A stretch of DNA of 64,000 nucleotides, from positions 124,001 to 188,000 of the forward strand of contig NW_025765725.1 of NCBI RefSeq assembly GCF_003918875.1, read 5' to 3'. Shown one piece after another: positions 13,255-26,438 of the stretch. The position numbers and the translations under genes were made by a program. How positions within the stretch are numbered: position 1 is the stretch's first letter; every line of letters begins with the position of its first letter. The notes under the pieces were generated by a model. That model did not search any database and had not been told where the DNA came from. It saw only the letters and a list, made by a program, of their open reading frames with translations. Source of the DNA: Haliotis rubra (Eukaryota).

Positions 13255-13753
13255 GATAAACATCATGTGTTGGCCAATTTCCGGGTGTTATTGAGTATTT
13301 GAAGCACGGGAATTCATTTGGAACCGACGGCGTCAGCCGGAGGTTTCAAATGGAATATACTCGTGCTTCAAATACTCAATGACACCCGGAAATTGGCCAA
13401 CACATGATGTTTATCGACATTGTAAACACAAAAGTAAACCAAAAGGACCACACACGTTTTTGTGTCTGCACTCATTGACATCGTGTATGGGTACAGCAGT
13501 GAAATGTCATCAACCGGCCGTTTCGGCTGTCTCTCATGGTAGCATCTGGAACTGCTCATTTGTGACGTCATTCGGACTTTACGTCACAATATGATTTGAA
13601 TGACGTCATCACTGCTGACGACGTAACAATACAATGGTGTGAGCGATGTTTGTATGTATTAATACGCAGCCAATTTCCGGGAATCGATTACCATTTGATC
13701 ATGTTTTTCAACCAATCGGATTAAAGAACACAGTGACTTTTGGTTTACAATGT
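13255..13753. mobile_element. Foldback (palindromic) non-autonomous element
   Basis: 54-bp arms at 13255-13308 and 13362-13415 with 1 mismatch, around a self-complementary core. Second inverted pair at 13418-13437 and 13735-13753. Partial arm copy GCCAATTTCCGGG near 13669. Confidence 0.7.
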
Positions 13754-14832
13754 GTAATGACGTAGTATATCTTTAAGTATTGTAGCATATCCTCCGATGA
13801 CTATCAGATAATCTGTTCACATACCACACAATCTCATCACATCTACTCACCAAACACACCATGTTATGACCTATCACCCAATCTAACGACCGACGATACC
13901 CTATAATAACATGGCGTCCGTGGTTTTACTACACAATCCATGTAATGACCAATCACATAGCATACAGTCAAATCCTTGGTACACTTCTAATCATCAGACA
14001 TTCCATGTAATGACTTGAAACACCATATAAGACCCAGCATGTCATCTTCTGAACCAACACAAAGAACAACATCAGATTCAACTACACTCATGTCTGGAAC
14101 ACGGTATGAGCTAATTTCCAACATGCATGATACACGTGGTGGCCCCTTTGGTGCGAGATATCATTAGATTGTGTCATCCCCACAGACTTCCGTGCACATA
14201 CATGTTAGCAAGGCAAAGATAGAGGTGGCTTTGTCGGTGCAACCCCTGCAGAGCGTGTGTGCTTGATTTCACAATTGAAAGAATTGTTAGCGAGGTTTCA
14301 CCCTAACCTGCCGCAGTACATGAAGCCTGTCAAAAGCCTTCCTGAAGTGCATTTCCCTGTGCACTGTTTGTTCTGCAAGGAAAAGAAGAACGCCCATGGA
14401 CTATGACAAGTACAAACTCATAGACGAGATTCATGGAGTTGTGGATGAACATTAGTCTTAGATTCCTCTTCTATTTTAGCAGAAAGAATCTCAAGGTCAG
14501 AAAGAGAGGATATCCAATAGCAAAGGAAACAGGTGTTGATGTATTTTCGTCCAACATGTCTCTGTGCACTGGTGGACATTTGCATATCTTTATGATTCAT
14601 ACATGTGCTTTTAACAAATCGAGAGAACGAGCAGCCACTTCATTTATATTTCCGGGCTCCGAGTCCTGACTCAGATCAGCGCAATCTAAGCAAATATTGT
14701 TGAAAATCTATTCGTGATATGATCCTTTGTGTCATTGATTCAGCTACCAGAGACATTTGCAGAGTAAAACTTGAATTTTAACGTCACTTACAAATGACAG
14801 GTGTTGAATAAATGTACAGTTTAGCATGTTTA

Positions 14833-15004
14833 GGGCCGGTATGGAAGCCTAGTAGTTATATAGCGTTCGCTCATCACGCCGAAAACCCGGGTTCGATTCC
14901 CCATATGTGTACAATGTGTGAAGCCCATATTTTGTGTCGCCCTCCGTGATATTGCTGGACTGTTGCTAAAAGCAGCATAAAACCAAATCTCACTCACTCA
15001 CTCA
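14833..15004 (+). mobile_element. Diverged full-length SINE family A
   Basis: AGCCTAGTAG..GCGTTCGCTCATCACGCCGAAAACCCGGGTTCGATTCCCC..CTCACTCACTCACTCA. Confidence 0.92.
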
Positions 15005-18000
15005 TTATCAGATTTGGTTTCTGAAACACATGAAGGTTCTTGTTGTTGCTCTATATTGATTGTTAGCACTGGACCCATGCAAGACGGTTTCACCAAAGTG
15101 GTAGACCGATGCAAATCTCATCATTTTAGGCTTTTATGGACACAGTGATCACATGGGTGTAAAACCCAACTCACTAACACCAGCATAGCGTAGTAAAAAC
15201 GGTTATCTTCCTGAAGATAGTACTGACATGTTTTTACTTGGTAGTACTGCATGCTGCGCAGAGAAGAGTAAACAGTTTGTTGGCATACGTACATCATGGG
15301 ATTAATTGGTTGGCATGGGCATAATCATAAAGTGCAGGGGATGGTTTGCTCAAGAATAAGAAAACTTTACAGCAATTCACGTAAACATGTCTTCAGATTT
15401 TTAACCCACCATACTTAGTATGCATATCTGAAATTGTGTGTTTTGCATTTCCATAAGACACGGCTACTTCCTGAACATGTACCTTGCAGAATGACTGCAT
15501 ATCTAATGACATAACCACATGCGCGTTCTGCAAGCCTTTTAATTCCGTTCTGCTGCCGTGGTACTACAAGCCTATTCCACCTGTGGTTTTCTGTGCTTCT
15601 AATTCTGTAGTAAATGTCGGCATTCACTCGCTACAATATTCGCATTGCAGACATCTTGTCGACATTCAGATGTAGCTACACGTTAAGATGAGAGGCAAAT
15701 ACATTTCTATGAGCGGATAAATCAGTACTTTTAGCTGGCGGCCCAAAAGCGAATAACAAATGTAGAACGGTTTCCTGTTATTGAAACCATCTTTGTTCAT
15801 GGTCCTCCGTAAAGAACAAATGTTAAAAGACGTGTCCCCATGTGCAGGACGGTTGAGGGGGATGCCGACGTTTATTATGATTGCCTGCAAAAAGATGTCC
15901 AGTTGTGAAGCTTCTACAGCAATATTTACAACCACTGTAAAATCACCTAGGAAAAAGTTTCCGATGGGAATTAGTAACATACGTCTAACAGATTTCTGTT
16001 CTAAGACGGGGAAGAAAATATACAAATATGTAACTACACACGGGAAATGTGTCCATACCCCCTTGATGTATTGGGGGGGGGGAGGGGGGAGACGGTTGTT
16101 GTTGATTTGTGTGATGTGTACAGAGATGGAGAGTTGTGTTATGCTAGTGATTCAGGTTGGATGTGGTGTTCCGCAATGCGCCACAGTTCCCTAGTAACAT
16201 TTACCGAATAATACATGAAGATAATTAATTAGGATGTGTGTTGTTGCAGGTCTTTCAGATGATCCTGAAAGTATATGCACGTGATGATTCATGTCTCAAG
16301 GTCTTTTTTTAACATTGAATCAGAGTACGCCACATTTTCAGCTGTATATCCAAAGGCTCATTGAACATGTACCATTTTGCAAACATCTTACATTATATGG
16401 TATTCGTTTTATAGTCCCATGCAACATACTGTACTCTTCCTCCAGCAATAATCTGCACATTCTCTTTCATGTTTTTGTCAAAGGGAATCAGGAAAAAGCA
16501 CATTTTTTTAGTTGTGTGCAGAATATAATTACTGGAAGGAGTGTAGGACAATTACGAAAGGGGTTACCAAATAGCAATCACTGTAGTAATGTAATTGCTG
16601 CACAAAACCAGGTACCAGGTTAAACTTACACTTGGATGTAATTAAAGAATACATCAAGAACTACCAAACGTTATAGTCAAAAGTACAAAAATAGTTAGCA
16701 AATTGTGAATGTTCAATTTTCAAAATCACTTTATGAATGCAAAACAATTTTGTCTCTGAATTTGAAATTGTTGAGTTCTTTCTCTTTACGCAAAACAACC
16801 GGTGTGTATTACAGGGACGTGCGCCTAGCCAATTCGCTGAAAGTATGCACATAATGTTTAAAGTTTATACCTCCTTAAACACAAGGATATATCAAGTTGG
16901 TTCTCATCATTATAAAAGTCAGTGATAATAACTTCAGAGACCGTTAAAGTTCATCCTTAACACAAAACACTGGACACAGCTATAATATATCGGCGACATT
17001 GATCAGTACAATTAAGCTGTTTCAGCCATTCGAGTAACAAAACTTCCGTGGACATGACACTGTCATGGAAACTTAAAAGTTTAACGTATGGATTACGTTA
17101 CTTATAAAATACTGAAGTACTTGGAGATTATTCAGTCGAGCATACGCATATGTGCCCTGAACTATCGGCAGCTCCGGATATAACGAACATAATTGGCATT
17201 ATGTCATTTCGCCATATCCGTAGTTTCTGTATCCAGACGTGATTTGATTTCTTTGGGAATATAAATAGGCCCGTTATAACCAACTGTTTGGTATATCAGG
17301 CCATGCTATACCCTGAGCTGTAAGAAAATCGCATATGTAAATGAATTAGACATAATGGAATCTACAACCCAACAGCTGCACTGGATGCTTCGATTGTCCC
17401 ATCAAGAAGGAATTAATCTGAAAAACATACCAGCGTGACCAGAAAATATTCTAAGTAGTCTTATATATTTGCTACTTAACACATGTCAGTTGTCACAGAT
17501 AGCATAATAACCCTAACAAATGAACATAAACATTTGGATTTATGAGAAATAGCTGTATGATAGCTACACCATTTGCTAAGTAACTAGCTAAGTACTGTAG
17601 GGACGATTGCGGCACTGACTGGGCTCCGTCATACGGCTAATATCCCCCGCAAAGAGTACTGAAAAAAACGGCCTCGATTACTGACAATAGCAGATGCCTG
17701 ACTGACTGGTACAGAGATAAGTACAGGCAGCCACGTGTGCTATATCAGAAATGGCATCATTTGGCACCAAAGGTTCCAGTCACAGACTCTGTATTCACAC
17801 TGCCAGACTACACGCGCGATCCTGGTAGTGTAAGGAGCGCGATGGCGATAGCACAAGCCGCGAGATTGCTGTAGAGTAGACAGCGCGATAGCAGAAAACA
17901 CAGACTTCGTGCTAAACAAAGAAAACTGACAAGATAGGCCTGTCACTTAGATAAGAAACGTTTCTGTTTATTCAAGAATTATTTATTCATAAGAAGGGAG

Positions 18001-18477
18001 TAGTGCTTGTTGCGTGATGCTATCTAATAGCGTTAATTGTATACGTGTACACGTGGGCACGGTCGGACAGAGATGAAACATTTTGGCTTTCCAATGGCCC
18101 TGACAAAGTGACTACACGATCTATAAACATGACGATTTGTGTTTGTTACAGGTACAGTTATGCGTTGATATAGTGACGGCTCTGGGTATTGAATCTATTT
18201 ATACAACAGTACATAATGTCATGAAATCACACATATAAAGATACATAGTCATCCAGAGTAATAATGAACTGTTTTGTCCTATGTTTGTAACAGCTCTTCA
18301 CAAAATAAAGAGACAATGGATTGAAACATTAATGAAATGAAACATTAATGCCGAATCCTTTGCAAAGATGGCTGAAACCTGACTCACAAAGGCAGTATAT
18401 CACCATAACTACCTTCGAGGCATATATATGTGATAGACATGCAGACAGACAGATAGATAGAAACATGTTTAAATTGT

Positions 18478-18570
18478 CTTCTTTGAGTGGCATTTAGAAG
18501 CTGGTGAGTTGTAAGCGTACAATTTCTCATGGATAGACAACTTTTTATTGCAATAGATGCTACGTTTTGC
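18478..18570 (-). mobile_element. Older relic of a Penelope-type terminal repeat
   Basis: CTTTGAGTGGCATTTAGAAG (18481-18500) and downstream TTTATTG match the 19921-20072 element. Confidence 0.45.
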
Positions 18571-19920
18571 ATGATAACACTGTTACCGTCTACACCCAAA
18601 CGTCGCATACATTGCAATAAATAAGTAATTTATCTATAATAAATGTTCCTCTTCACGTATAAATTATTGTACAAAATATTTTTCTTAATCCATCCACTAA
18701 ACTCCTTTCTCAAAACCAATCCTTTGTACGGTTTTGTCACTGCAGCCCACTTTTGTAAGGAAGCTCAAAAGCAAATTTCCAAATATATTCCTCCACCTTC
18801 TACAAGGGATTATTGTATCACTGAGGTACATACTCATAATGTCGATGGGCACCTTTCACAATGTCATTTATAATGCACCGTATGGTTCTTCTATGCCTAA
18901 TTCCACAAACCAATCGTCACGCAAAGGTGGTTGGAACTCCTATACTTTAAAACAGACTTGTAGAGCTACGACTATCTTGTGAACCACGTCTTGGTTATAT
19001 AAACCCTTCAGCAGATGCTCCCCCAGCAGGGGTCAAGGTATTATTCTATTATTGAAGAATTTCTTCATTTCCATGTGCCAATCATCCCCCAGTTACACAA
19101 GTTATTTACATACACGGTAGGAACCCTTTAGTTATATATACCCTTCAACAGACCCGACTACTCACACAGAAGTGTACACAGTATATATTATCACCGACAT
19201 GGAAAAGAGTAATCTATTCCACGTGGGCCCCAACCGTTCTTTAGACGATGTGATTTACATACATCATTGGAACCGCTTATACCAAAGACACAGCAATCAG
19301 TATTTCTAGAGAAATATGCATTATTTGTATTATTCAATTACTTAATGTACAGAGTCATTTGTTGCAATGAGCTGCATCTTTCATTGACACAGTGTCATTT
19401 CCACACACAAGAACAATATACAACTACACGTATCGTTGCCGATTATGACCTGGTAAGATGCATACACCGTAAAACGATTTAACTATGTAACAAGGTAATA
19501 ACAAACCCACGTCATATAAATGCAAATCGTGTCGACGTTGACGTTCATAGTTAACGATGCATTGAAACGTGCCGTAAGTATATTTGCGTATCATCGTTTT
19601 TTACCTGTGTGTTCTGAGTAGACGCTAACATGGAGATGCATTGTACGCTCTGTCTGAATGACTCTTCGAGGTCGTTTAACTTGTTTCGAAGACAGATTAA
19701 CCTTTGGTTAAAGATGTGGGTTTCAGCTAGAAGTCATGTAGGTTTCTACGTGGAATTGTACACGTGATATATGATCTTACCGTTGTATGCCTAGGTTTAA
19801 ACAAGACTTTATATACTGATGTAAGAAATATATGTTGTTTATTGTCCTGAAAATTACAAACACACAGATTTAGACAAATACAGTTCTATAAAAACTATTG
19901 TAACGTAACTTAAAAAAGCA

Positions 19921-20072
19921 GGTCTTTGAGTGACATTTAGAAGTGATACACATAAGGAAGAGAGTTTTATAGATGTCAGATTCTTTATTGTGAGGGACAC
20001 AAAGTTTCGGAGTATATCCTTACTTCTTCATCAGGTGATGGGAAGTTGACATTCACAAAAACTCTGATCCTT
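19921..20072 (-). mobile_element. Penelope-like element terminal repeat with a degenerate minimal hammerhead ribozyme
   Basis: Minus strand reads CAC-CTGATGA-AGAAGTA-AGGATA-TACTCC-GAAAC-TTT-GTG, then AATAAA. An imperfect inverted duplication of 19954-19983 lies at 20042-20072. Confidence 0.65.
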
Positions 20073-20858
20073 AACTTCAATTTTCATTTAAAAACCCATT
20101 TACGGTGCTTGATGACACCGAGATTCAGAGATGGAGCCAAGTAGTGGAACACATTGCGCACAAATGGTTTCCATGTATTCATTAAAAACATTGTCTCTGT
20201 AAGTTACTGCGAATGATCTCATATTCTTGCCAGCTTCGAAACGTAAATATGGTATCCATTCTCTTAACGTTATCACTAATCGCGTTCAATTTCGTATTTT
20301 CATCAATGTGTGCAAAATCATTGTTGTGTGGTTATTTGCAATATTTGAGGGGTTACCCAAAGACTGGTTCCAGAGCTTGCTGGCAGGGTGCCTAGTGTTT
20401 CGCGTGGCGAAGACAACAAGAGCCAACTATTGATGACAGGTTCAGTGATGTCCTTAACATCGTGCTTGTAGGGGATGACATTCTTCTGTACTGACTCATG
20501 CATTGGACCTCTAGCTATGCTACCTATGTGACGGCTGACTGTGATATATGTACAAGTCAATCGTTATTACCTTTATCCCGTATTTTGTGGCAACGGTTGT
20601 GGGAATATAGATCGACGAGTCGACCAAACAGATTGCCTCTTAAGATGGTTGCTTTGTGTTACAGAGAGATAATGTTTTAGAACCCGCAATGTGAAGGCCC
20701 AATGGCTTCAGTAGTCTGATCTGTTTGGGTATAGCATCAAATAGGTGAAACGTATATACAGACAAATGATTGTAATCAAGGTTCTAAAGCTTCAATCACA
20801 TTTAGAAAATATGTCTATTGCTTAATGCATAAGTACACTCATTTTGTCAGTTTCATAA

Positions 20859-21215
20859 ATATATATATATATAGATATAGATATATATATTTAGATTCAG
20901 TACACGTGTTGTTGTGATGATGATGATGATGATGATGATGATGACGACGACCACGACAATGATGATGTGGCTGTGGTGGTGGTCGTGATGATGATGATCG
21001 TGATGATGATGACTACAATGATGATGTGGCTGTGGTGGTGGTCATGATGTTGATGATGGTGATGATGATGATGATGACAACAGTGATGTGGCTGTGCTGG
21101 TGGTCGTGGTGATGATTATGATGATTATGATGATGGTGATGACGACGACGACATTGATGAGTTGTCTGTGGTAGTGGTGATGTTGATGATGCTGATGCTG
21201 CTGATGATGATGATA
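20859..21215. repeat. (TA)n plus compound (GAT/GGT/GAC)n microsatellite
   Basis: Read directly from the sequence. Confidence 0.95.
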
Positions 21216-22649
21216 TCATATAGTTGTTAGTTTTAAGGCTCCAAGGTAGGAACAGTGAGTACCCTATACACAAAGGTTCGAGGAATCACAACTATTCTTT
21301 ACGGGAGTCGTACACGGTGATTAATGACAAAACGCGCTTTGTTGTTTAAACGATTCACATATGGAGGTAGCGGGGAGGCGACGCTAGGATTTTAAGCAAA
21401 GATAGCAGATAAGTAAGTCACTATGTTTTTGTAATTAAGGTAATCTGCTCTATGAGTCAGACAATCACCTGTGAAGTAGGGTGCTTCCTTGGCTGTTAAA
21501 TGAGGGCAATAACTGGATGATGTCTGCAACAAACCCACAGAATAACTTACACACCAATTTGCTCAATTATGCCTGTACTAACATATATTTACCAAGGATT
21601 TATCACGGATATCGATGGAGCAATTTGTCTTCCACTTTGTTGGCTGCTTAGTCAAATAAAACAGTGAATGGTAACACGTGGTCGTCTCATTCTACTTGTC
21701 TTGGTCTATGGGAAATGTTTATTACATTCATTGTTTTGTTGCCCAATTAGTTTCACAGGTACATGAAAAAGATCATCAAATTCTGCAAATCGTCTTCCTC
21801 CACATGGCAAGTGTTAAGTTATTTTCAACACAGTATTTATTTATGAAACATTTAAGCAAGATATCAGGTACAAACTCCGATTCTGAAGTCTCAAACCGGT
21901 ACCACTTGTGTCGCGAATGTTTTACGTTATGCCTTCATTCTGAGTCTGCAACAGTGTTATTCTATCTACAGACAGTCATTTCATCAATGACGTCATGACG
22001 TCACGCGCATGCTCAAGCCGTCACTGGGTAGGCTGAAAATGCATATTATGTTTAGAGACACCTAGAGTAACAGATATTGTTTTCATTTCAGTGGATAGTT
22101 CAATGCTATTTCCCCTACGACCGGATGGGAGTCTCCCGTCGGTATTTGTAGCCTACTGTTTAAGTTGGCGAGCGATGGAAAGCAGTTTCTAGGAAAATAT
22201 CACCTGTTGGTTTTGTATTGTTGTAAGGAAATCACACCGTCCCACTCTGTATTACAACAAATAACAACATGGAGCTACAAAACGGCACCTACAAAACGAC
22301 ACTGGGTGCACTGTAAAAATACAAAAATACATAATCCGTAACGATTACATCAGTGACCAAAATAACGTCATCAAAGTTAACAAACCGGAGATATATATTT
22401 TCCTATCTAAATATACCAAACTGTAGTTCCATTCAATGTTCGGAATAACATGCAATCAGAATTTAGAAATAACCCAGATAAATGTGTATAATAAACGAAT
22501 GACGATTTTCAAAAAGAGCATTCATTTTCAAAACTGGAATAGTTGAAGTTTGTTCTTATGCAATTAGATGTACATTTAATATCTCATTTATGTCATTAAT
22601 TATACAAACATTATGAACAGGTTATTGAGATGATAATACAGAAAACGTC

Positions 22650-23183
22650 ATCGGATGTTTTGTTTGGCAATGGATACCTGTGGTGTTGTTCATTATAGAA
22701 ATCATGAATGAATGATATCTGTGACGAGAAGATCCACATGCTCTAAAGTGTATGTGCATTATGGTTTAATCCTACGATCGTGATGGAGTTACACAAGCAG
22801 GAGACTGTCTACAACTGGTGATTTGATACTCCATGAAACTGTTATGGGGTTGTTATTGCTGTGAAGGTTGAACTGAGTGTGTGAATGGGTAGGAAATGGA
22901 GCAGTTGGTGAACGAGTGTAAATAGATAGGATGTTCTGTTAAGCTCTGTTAACAGAGTAAATGATCCCCTCGAGCGTTTATATACAGGCACACATTTACT
23001 CTGTTTGGGTAACCTGTGGCCATCCAACCAGATTGATAGTCAGACTCCATTACATCACACAGAGTGGGACCCCGTTAATCAGGACATTTGCTGTTATTTC
23101 CTTTCTAATGGGTCTGTCTGTCTGACACATTCTACGTCCCTCTCTACCCTTTTCAGTTCAGTCTGACGCTCTGTCTCTCTGTT

Positions 23184-23200
<17 letters not shown>
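22650..23200. repeat. Dispersed duplication, copy 1 (paralog at 33490-33985)
   Basis: Shared blocks: AATAGAT.GGATGTTCTGTTAAGCTCTG.TAACAGAGTAA (22921/33742) and TCTACCCTTTTCAGTTCAGTCTGAC (23143/33922). Confidence 0.85.
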
Positions 23201-23216
<16 letters not shown>

Positions 23217-23732
23217 ATCCTCTCGAGGATCATCACAATTTTTTTCTTCCTCTCCTCTCTCACCTTTCTTTCTGTTCTCTCTCCTCTCTCACTCTCTTTC
23301 TCCTCTCTCTCCTTCCCTCCGCTCTTTCTCCTTTCTCCCTCCTCTCTCTTCTCTTTACCTCTCTCCTCTCTCACTCTCTTTCTCCTTTCTCCCTCCCTCT
23401 CTCTTCTCTTTACCTCTCTCACTCTCTTTCTCCTTTCTCCCTCCCTCTCTCTTCTCTTTACCTCTCTCCTCTCTCACTCTCTTTCTCCTCTCTCTCCCTC
23501 CCTCCGCTCTTTCTCCTTTCTCCCTCCCTCTCTCCTCTCTCATCCCCCTGTATCCTCCCGTTCTTCCAATCTCTCCCTCTCCTCTCTTTCTCCTCTCTTT
23601 CTCCTCTCTTTCCCCTCTCTCCCCTTTCTCCCTCTCTTTTCCTCTCTCTTCTCCCTCAACCCTCTTGTTCCCTCTCTCTCACATGCAGTGTCTCCTTCTC
23701 TCTCTTCTCACCCTACACGCTCTCGCTCTCTC
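23165..23732. repeat. (CT)-rich polypyrimidine tract
   Basis: Read directly. Source of the Arg/Glu-rich pseudo-ORFs. Confidence 0.95.
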
Positions 23733-24088
23733 CAGATGGTTCAGCCTTGTCTTGAACAAGATTTGATATCCGCTAAATGCGAATTTCATGCATATTGCCC
23801 TCATTTTGCACACACTTGTTGATCAAACGAGATGACGTGAAACAGCTGTTGCATGGCTATCATCGTACTAGCACGTGTTTAAATCTTCATTAATCCACAA
23901 ATATAACTCAGAGTTGATGAAGTTCGAGTCTGTCAAGGAGACCTATCCGGTTGAGATGATCACTAATGTTGACATGTAAACGTGTACAAAGTCGATGCCG
24001 TACCTTGTACCTGGTCACTCTGTCACCATCATTAACATCATTATTGTCGTTGTTATCATCATCATTACCATCACCTTTGTTTAATCAA

Positions 24089-24128
24089 GGGGTGGTGGGG
24101 TAGCTCATCAGCCCATACTCACTCACTC
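24089..24128 (+). mobile_element. 40-bp internally deleted SINE family A (head joined to tail)
   Basis: GGGGTGGTGGGGTAGC..CATACTCACTCACTC flanked by 10-bp TSD GTTTAATCAA at 24079-24088 and 24129-24138. Confidence 0.8.
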
Positions 24129-24914
24129 GTTTAATCAAAGAAATCTACCCCAGATGTAAAGATTTAACGTACAATAGGTTAAATGTGGTTTGCTCACGAA
24201 AGCTTTTTAACCATCAGCTAGTGACTCCGCAAATTGATCAAATCAACTTGATAGGGATGGATAGAATGGTTCGTATACCGCTCTTCGTACTGGCCTCTCT
24301 CCATCTCTGCTACGAGAAGAGGGAGATCGTGGCTCTTGAGGGAGTACCTGCCCCCCTCATCTCGCACCGCTGCTATGTAATACCCCTCGCGGCTATCCGG
24401 GTCGTGGGTACAGTCAGGGTCAGTCGGTGGAACATATGACGCTCATGTATGTTAATACTTACCCGGAGAGCTGGAAACACGATATGTATGTGTCTGTTTC
24501 AATCCCAAACAGTCGGCAGGTAGTGGAGATTGGAACACACCCAGTGTATAGGGTTATACATGGAGTATCGATAATCGGGGTTATCGGCGCGATTTTATTC
24601 TGCTGGACTTGGTATGATGTGATATATTGCACTTTTAGTGAGTGAAATTTGTTTTAAATCCGCTTTGAACAACATCTCATTTATATCAACGGGTGAAGGT
24701 TTGAGTCAAATCATAACTGATAAGTTTGTAATTAGTAGTTATCAGATTACTCTGGTGATACACAAATGCGGTATTGTGCTGGTTCAACGCGAACAGGATT
24801 CGAACCCATGACTATAAGTATCGGGGTCGCCGTGCGACGAAACTCTCAGCAGGGAATTACCAGCATATCAGAATATTTTGAGCGTAATTGTTGTTTTCAT
24901 TAACACAGTTTGTT

Positions 24915-25054
24915 GGGTGGTGGGGTAGCCTAGTGGTTTAAGCGTTCTCTCGTCAAGCCGTAGACCGGGTTCGATTCCCAACATGGGCACATTAAGGGAA
25001 GCCCATTTGTGGTGTCTCCGGTCGTGACATTGTTTGTAGCTAAACTCCCTCACT
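24915..25054 (+). mobile_element. Diverged SINE family A with a 3' deletion
   Basis: GGGGTAGCCTAGTGG..GGGTTCGATTCCC..GAAGCCCATTTGTGGTGTC..AAACTCCCTCACT. Confidence 0.9.
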
Positions 25055-25222
25055 GTATGTAATATGCAATATGTAATTTAAGGCAGCACATGTGTACAAC
25101 CAATCCAACTGAGGGATAAACTTTCCGTAAAAGGAATAAAATATGACGTGTGTCCTAAAAGTTATAATAATTGGTAACATTCGAACCTAACGTATTATCT
25201 TGGTCACTTTGATCAGCAACTA

Positions 25223-25348
25223 GAGCGGTGGGGTAGCCTAGTGGTTAAAGACACGGGTTCGATTCCCCACATTTCTGGAGTCCCCTGCCTTGATATTGCT
25301 GGAATATTGCTACCAGCGGCGTAAAACTAAAACTCGCTCTCTCGCTCA
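25223..25348 (+). mobile_element. SINE family A with two internal deletions
   Basis: A and B boxes and tail retained. Degenerate 14-bp TSD TTGATCAGCAACTA (25209) / TTGATGACCAACTA (25349). Confidence 0.9.
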
Positions 25349-26438
25349 TTGATGACCAACTATATTACCTTACATTGTTGCAATGGTAAGGACCATGGGT
25401 CCACGTGGATCACTTCTGGAAATATCTGATAGTACCTGCATGCTGTTGATAAACAAGAATGTCATGGTAATAGACAATACAGATAGAGATAGCCGCCACG
25501 AGGTGACCCGGAGCTGGAAGTTCACGGCTGTGTCCATTGATGGATTCCATATTGTAAAACCATTAAGTATAGAGTTACAAGAAGAATCCTAGGTTCCACG
25601 TCAAAGTAGGATCTGTACAGTCAAGGGGATAATCAGCCACAATGGGCAATTAAACTAACTCACTGTACATATGGATAAATGCTAATTTGGATGTGATGGA
25701 TGGATAGACAGACTCGGTACCTCACCGTCATGTCATCCTATTTCACGGAACGTATGTCAGTTAGACACAGACCCCCAGAGCATGCTGCAGCCCGTGGATG
25801 AGGCATGTTTTCTATGCACCGTGTTGAGAGACGTGGGGTTATGAATGTGCCGTTGAACGTACAATGGTATTTCATGTTTTTTATCATGTGTTGAAATTGG
25901 CAACTGTTCTTCAAATGAGTTGGAAAATAGGATCTGTTTTGCAAGGGAAAAGAACAGCAATTGATGGCCTTTTTTCAAGGTGTTTAGTTTTGGATTTTAT
26001 AGAAGTCAATCGTCAGTGTGGAAAGTATCGTTTAAAGAATAATTATTCTTTTGTAAGTAATTGTGATTTACTTCCCGGTACTTCAATATGACGTACAACC
26101 CACCTCATAGTTTAAAACATGCACCACACCTTGTTAGATCACGGTCTTGTCACCAGTTTTTATTTTTGTCTCGTTACTACATAGATGACATGTTTGGGCC
26201 GTAACAATCATAACCCTTTTTTTCTTATTTGGATTCCCCGAATGCTTTCAGTGGTACGCTTGTGGTGTCCCCAGCCGTCATGTTCCAAGATTGTTACTAA
26301 ATGCGGCATAAACACACACTCGCTCAATGTTAAGTTTGTTGTCTTCCAGCGTACCCTGATTGCTTCTACTGTTGCTATGACTGTCGACCAATTGCTTGTG
26401 TAGCCAGGAGATGGATAACGTGATGAACCTATAATTGC

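Noticed and set aside
15415-16194. Antiparallel ORFs of 119 and 137 aa as a gene
   Set aside because: An acceptor-like site exists on the minus strand, but there is no recognisable homology. Cannot be supported without a search.
21013-23543. Poly-His/Ser and Arg/Glu-rich ORFs
   Set aside because: Translations of (GAT)n and (CT)n simple repeats.
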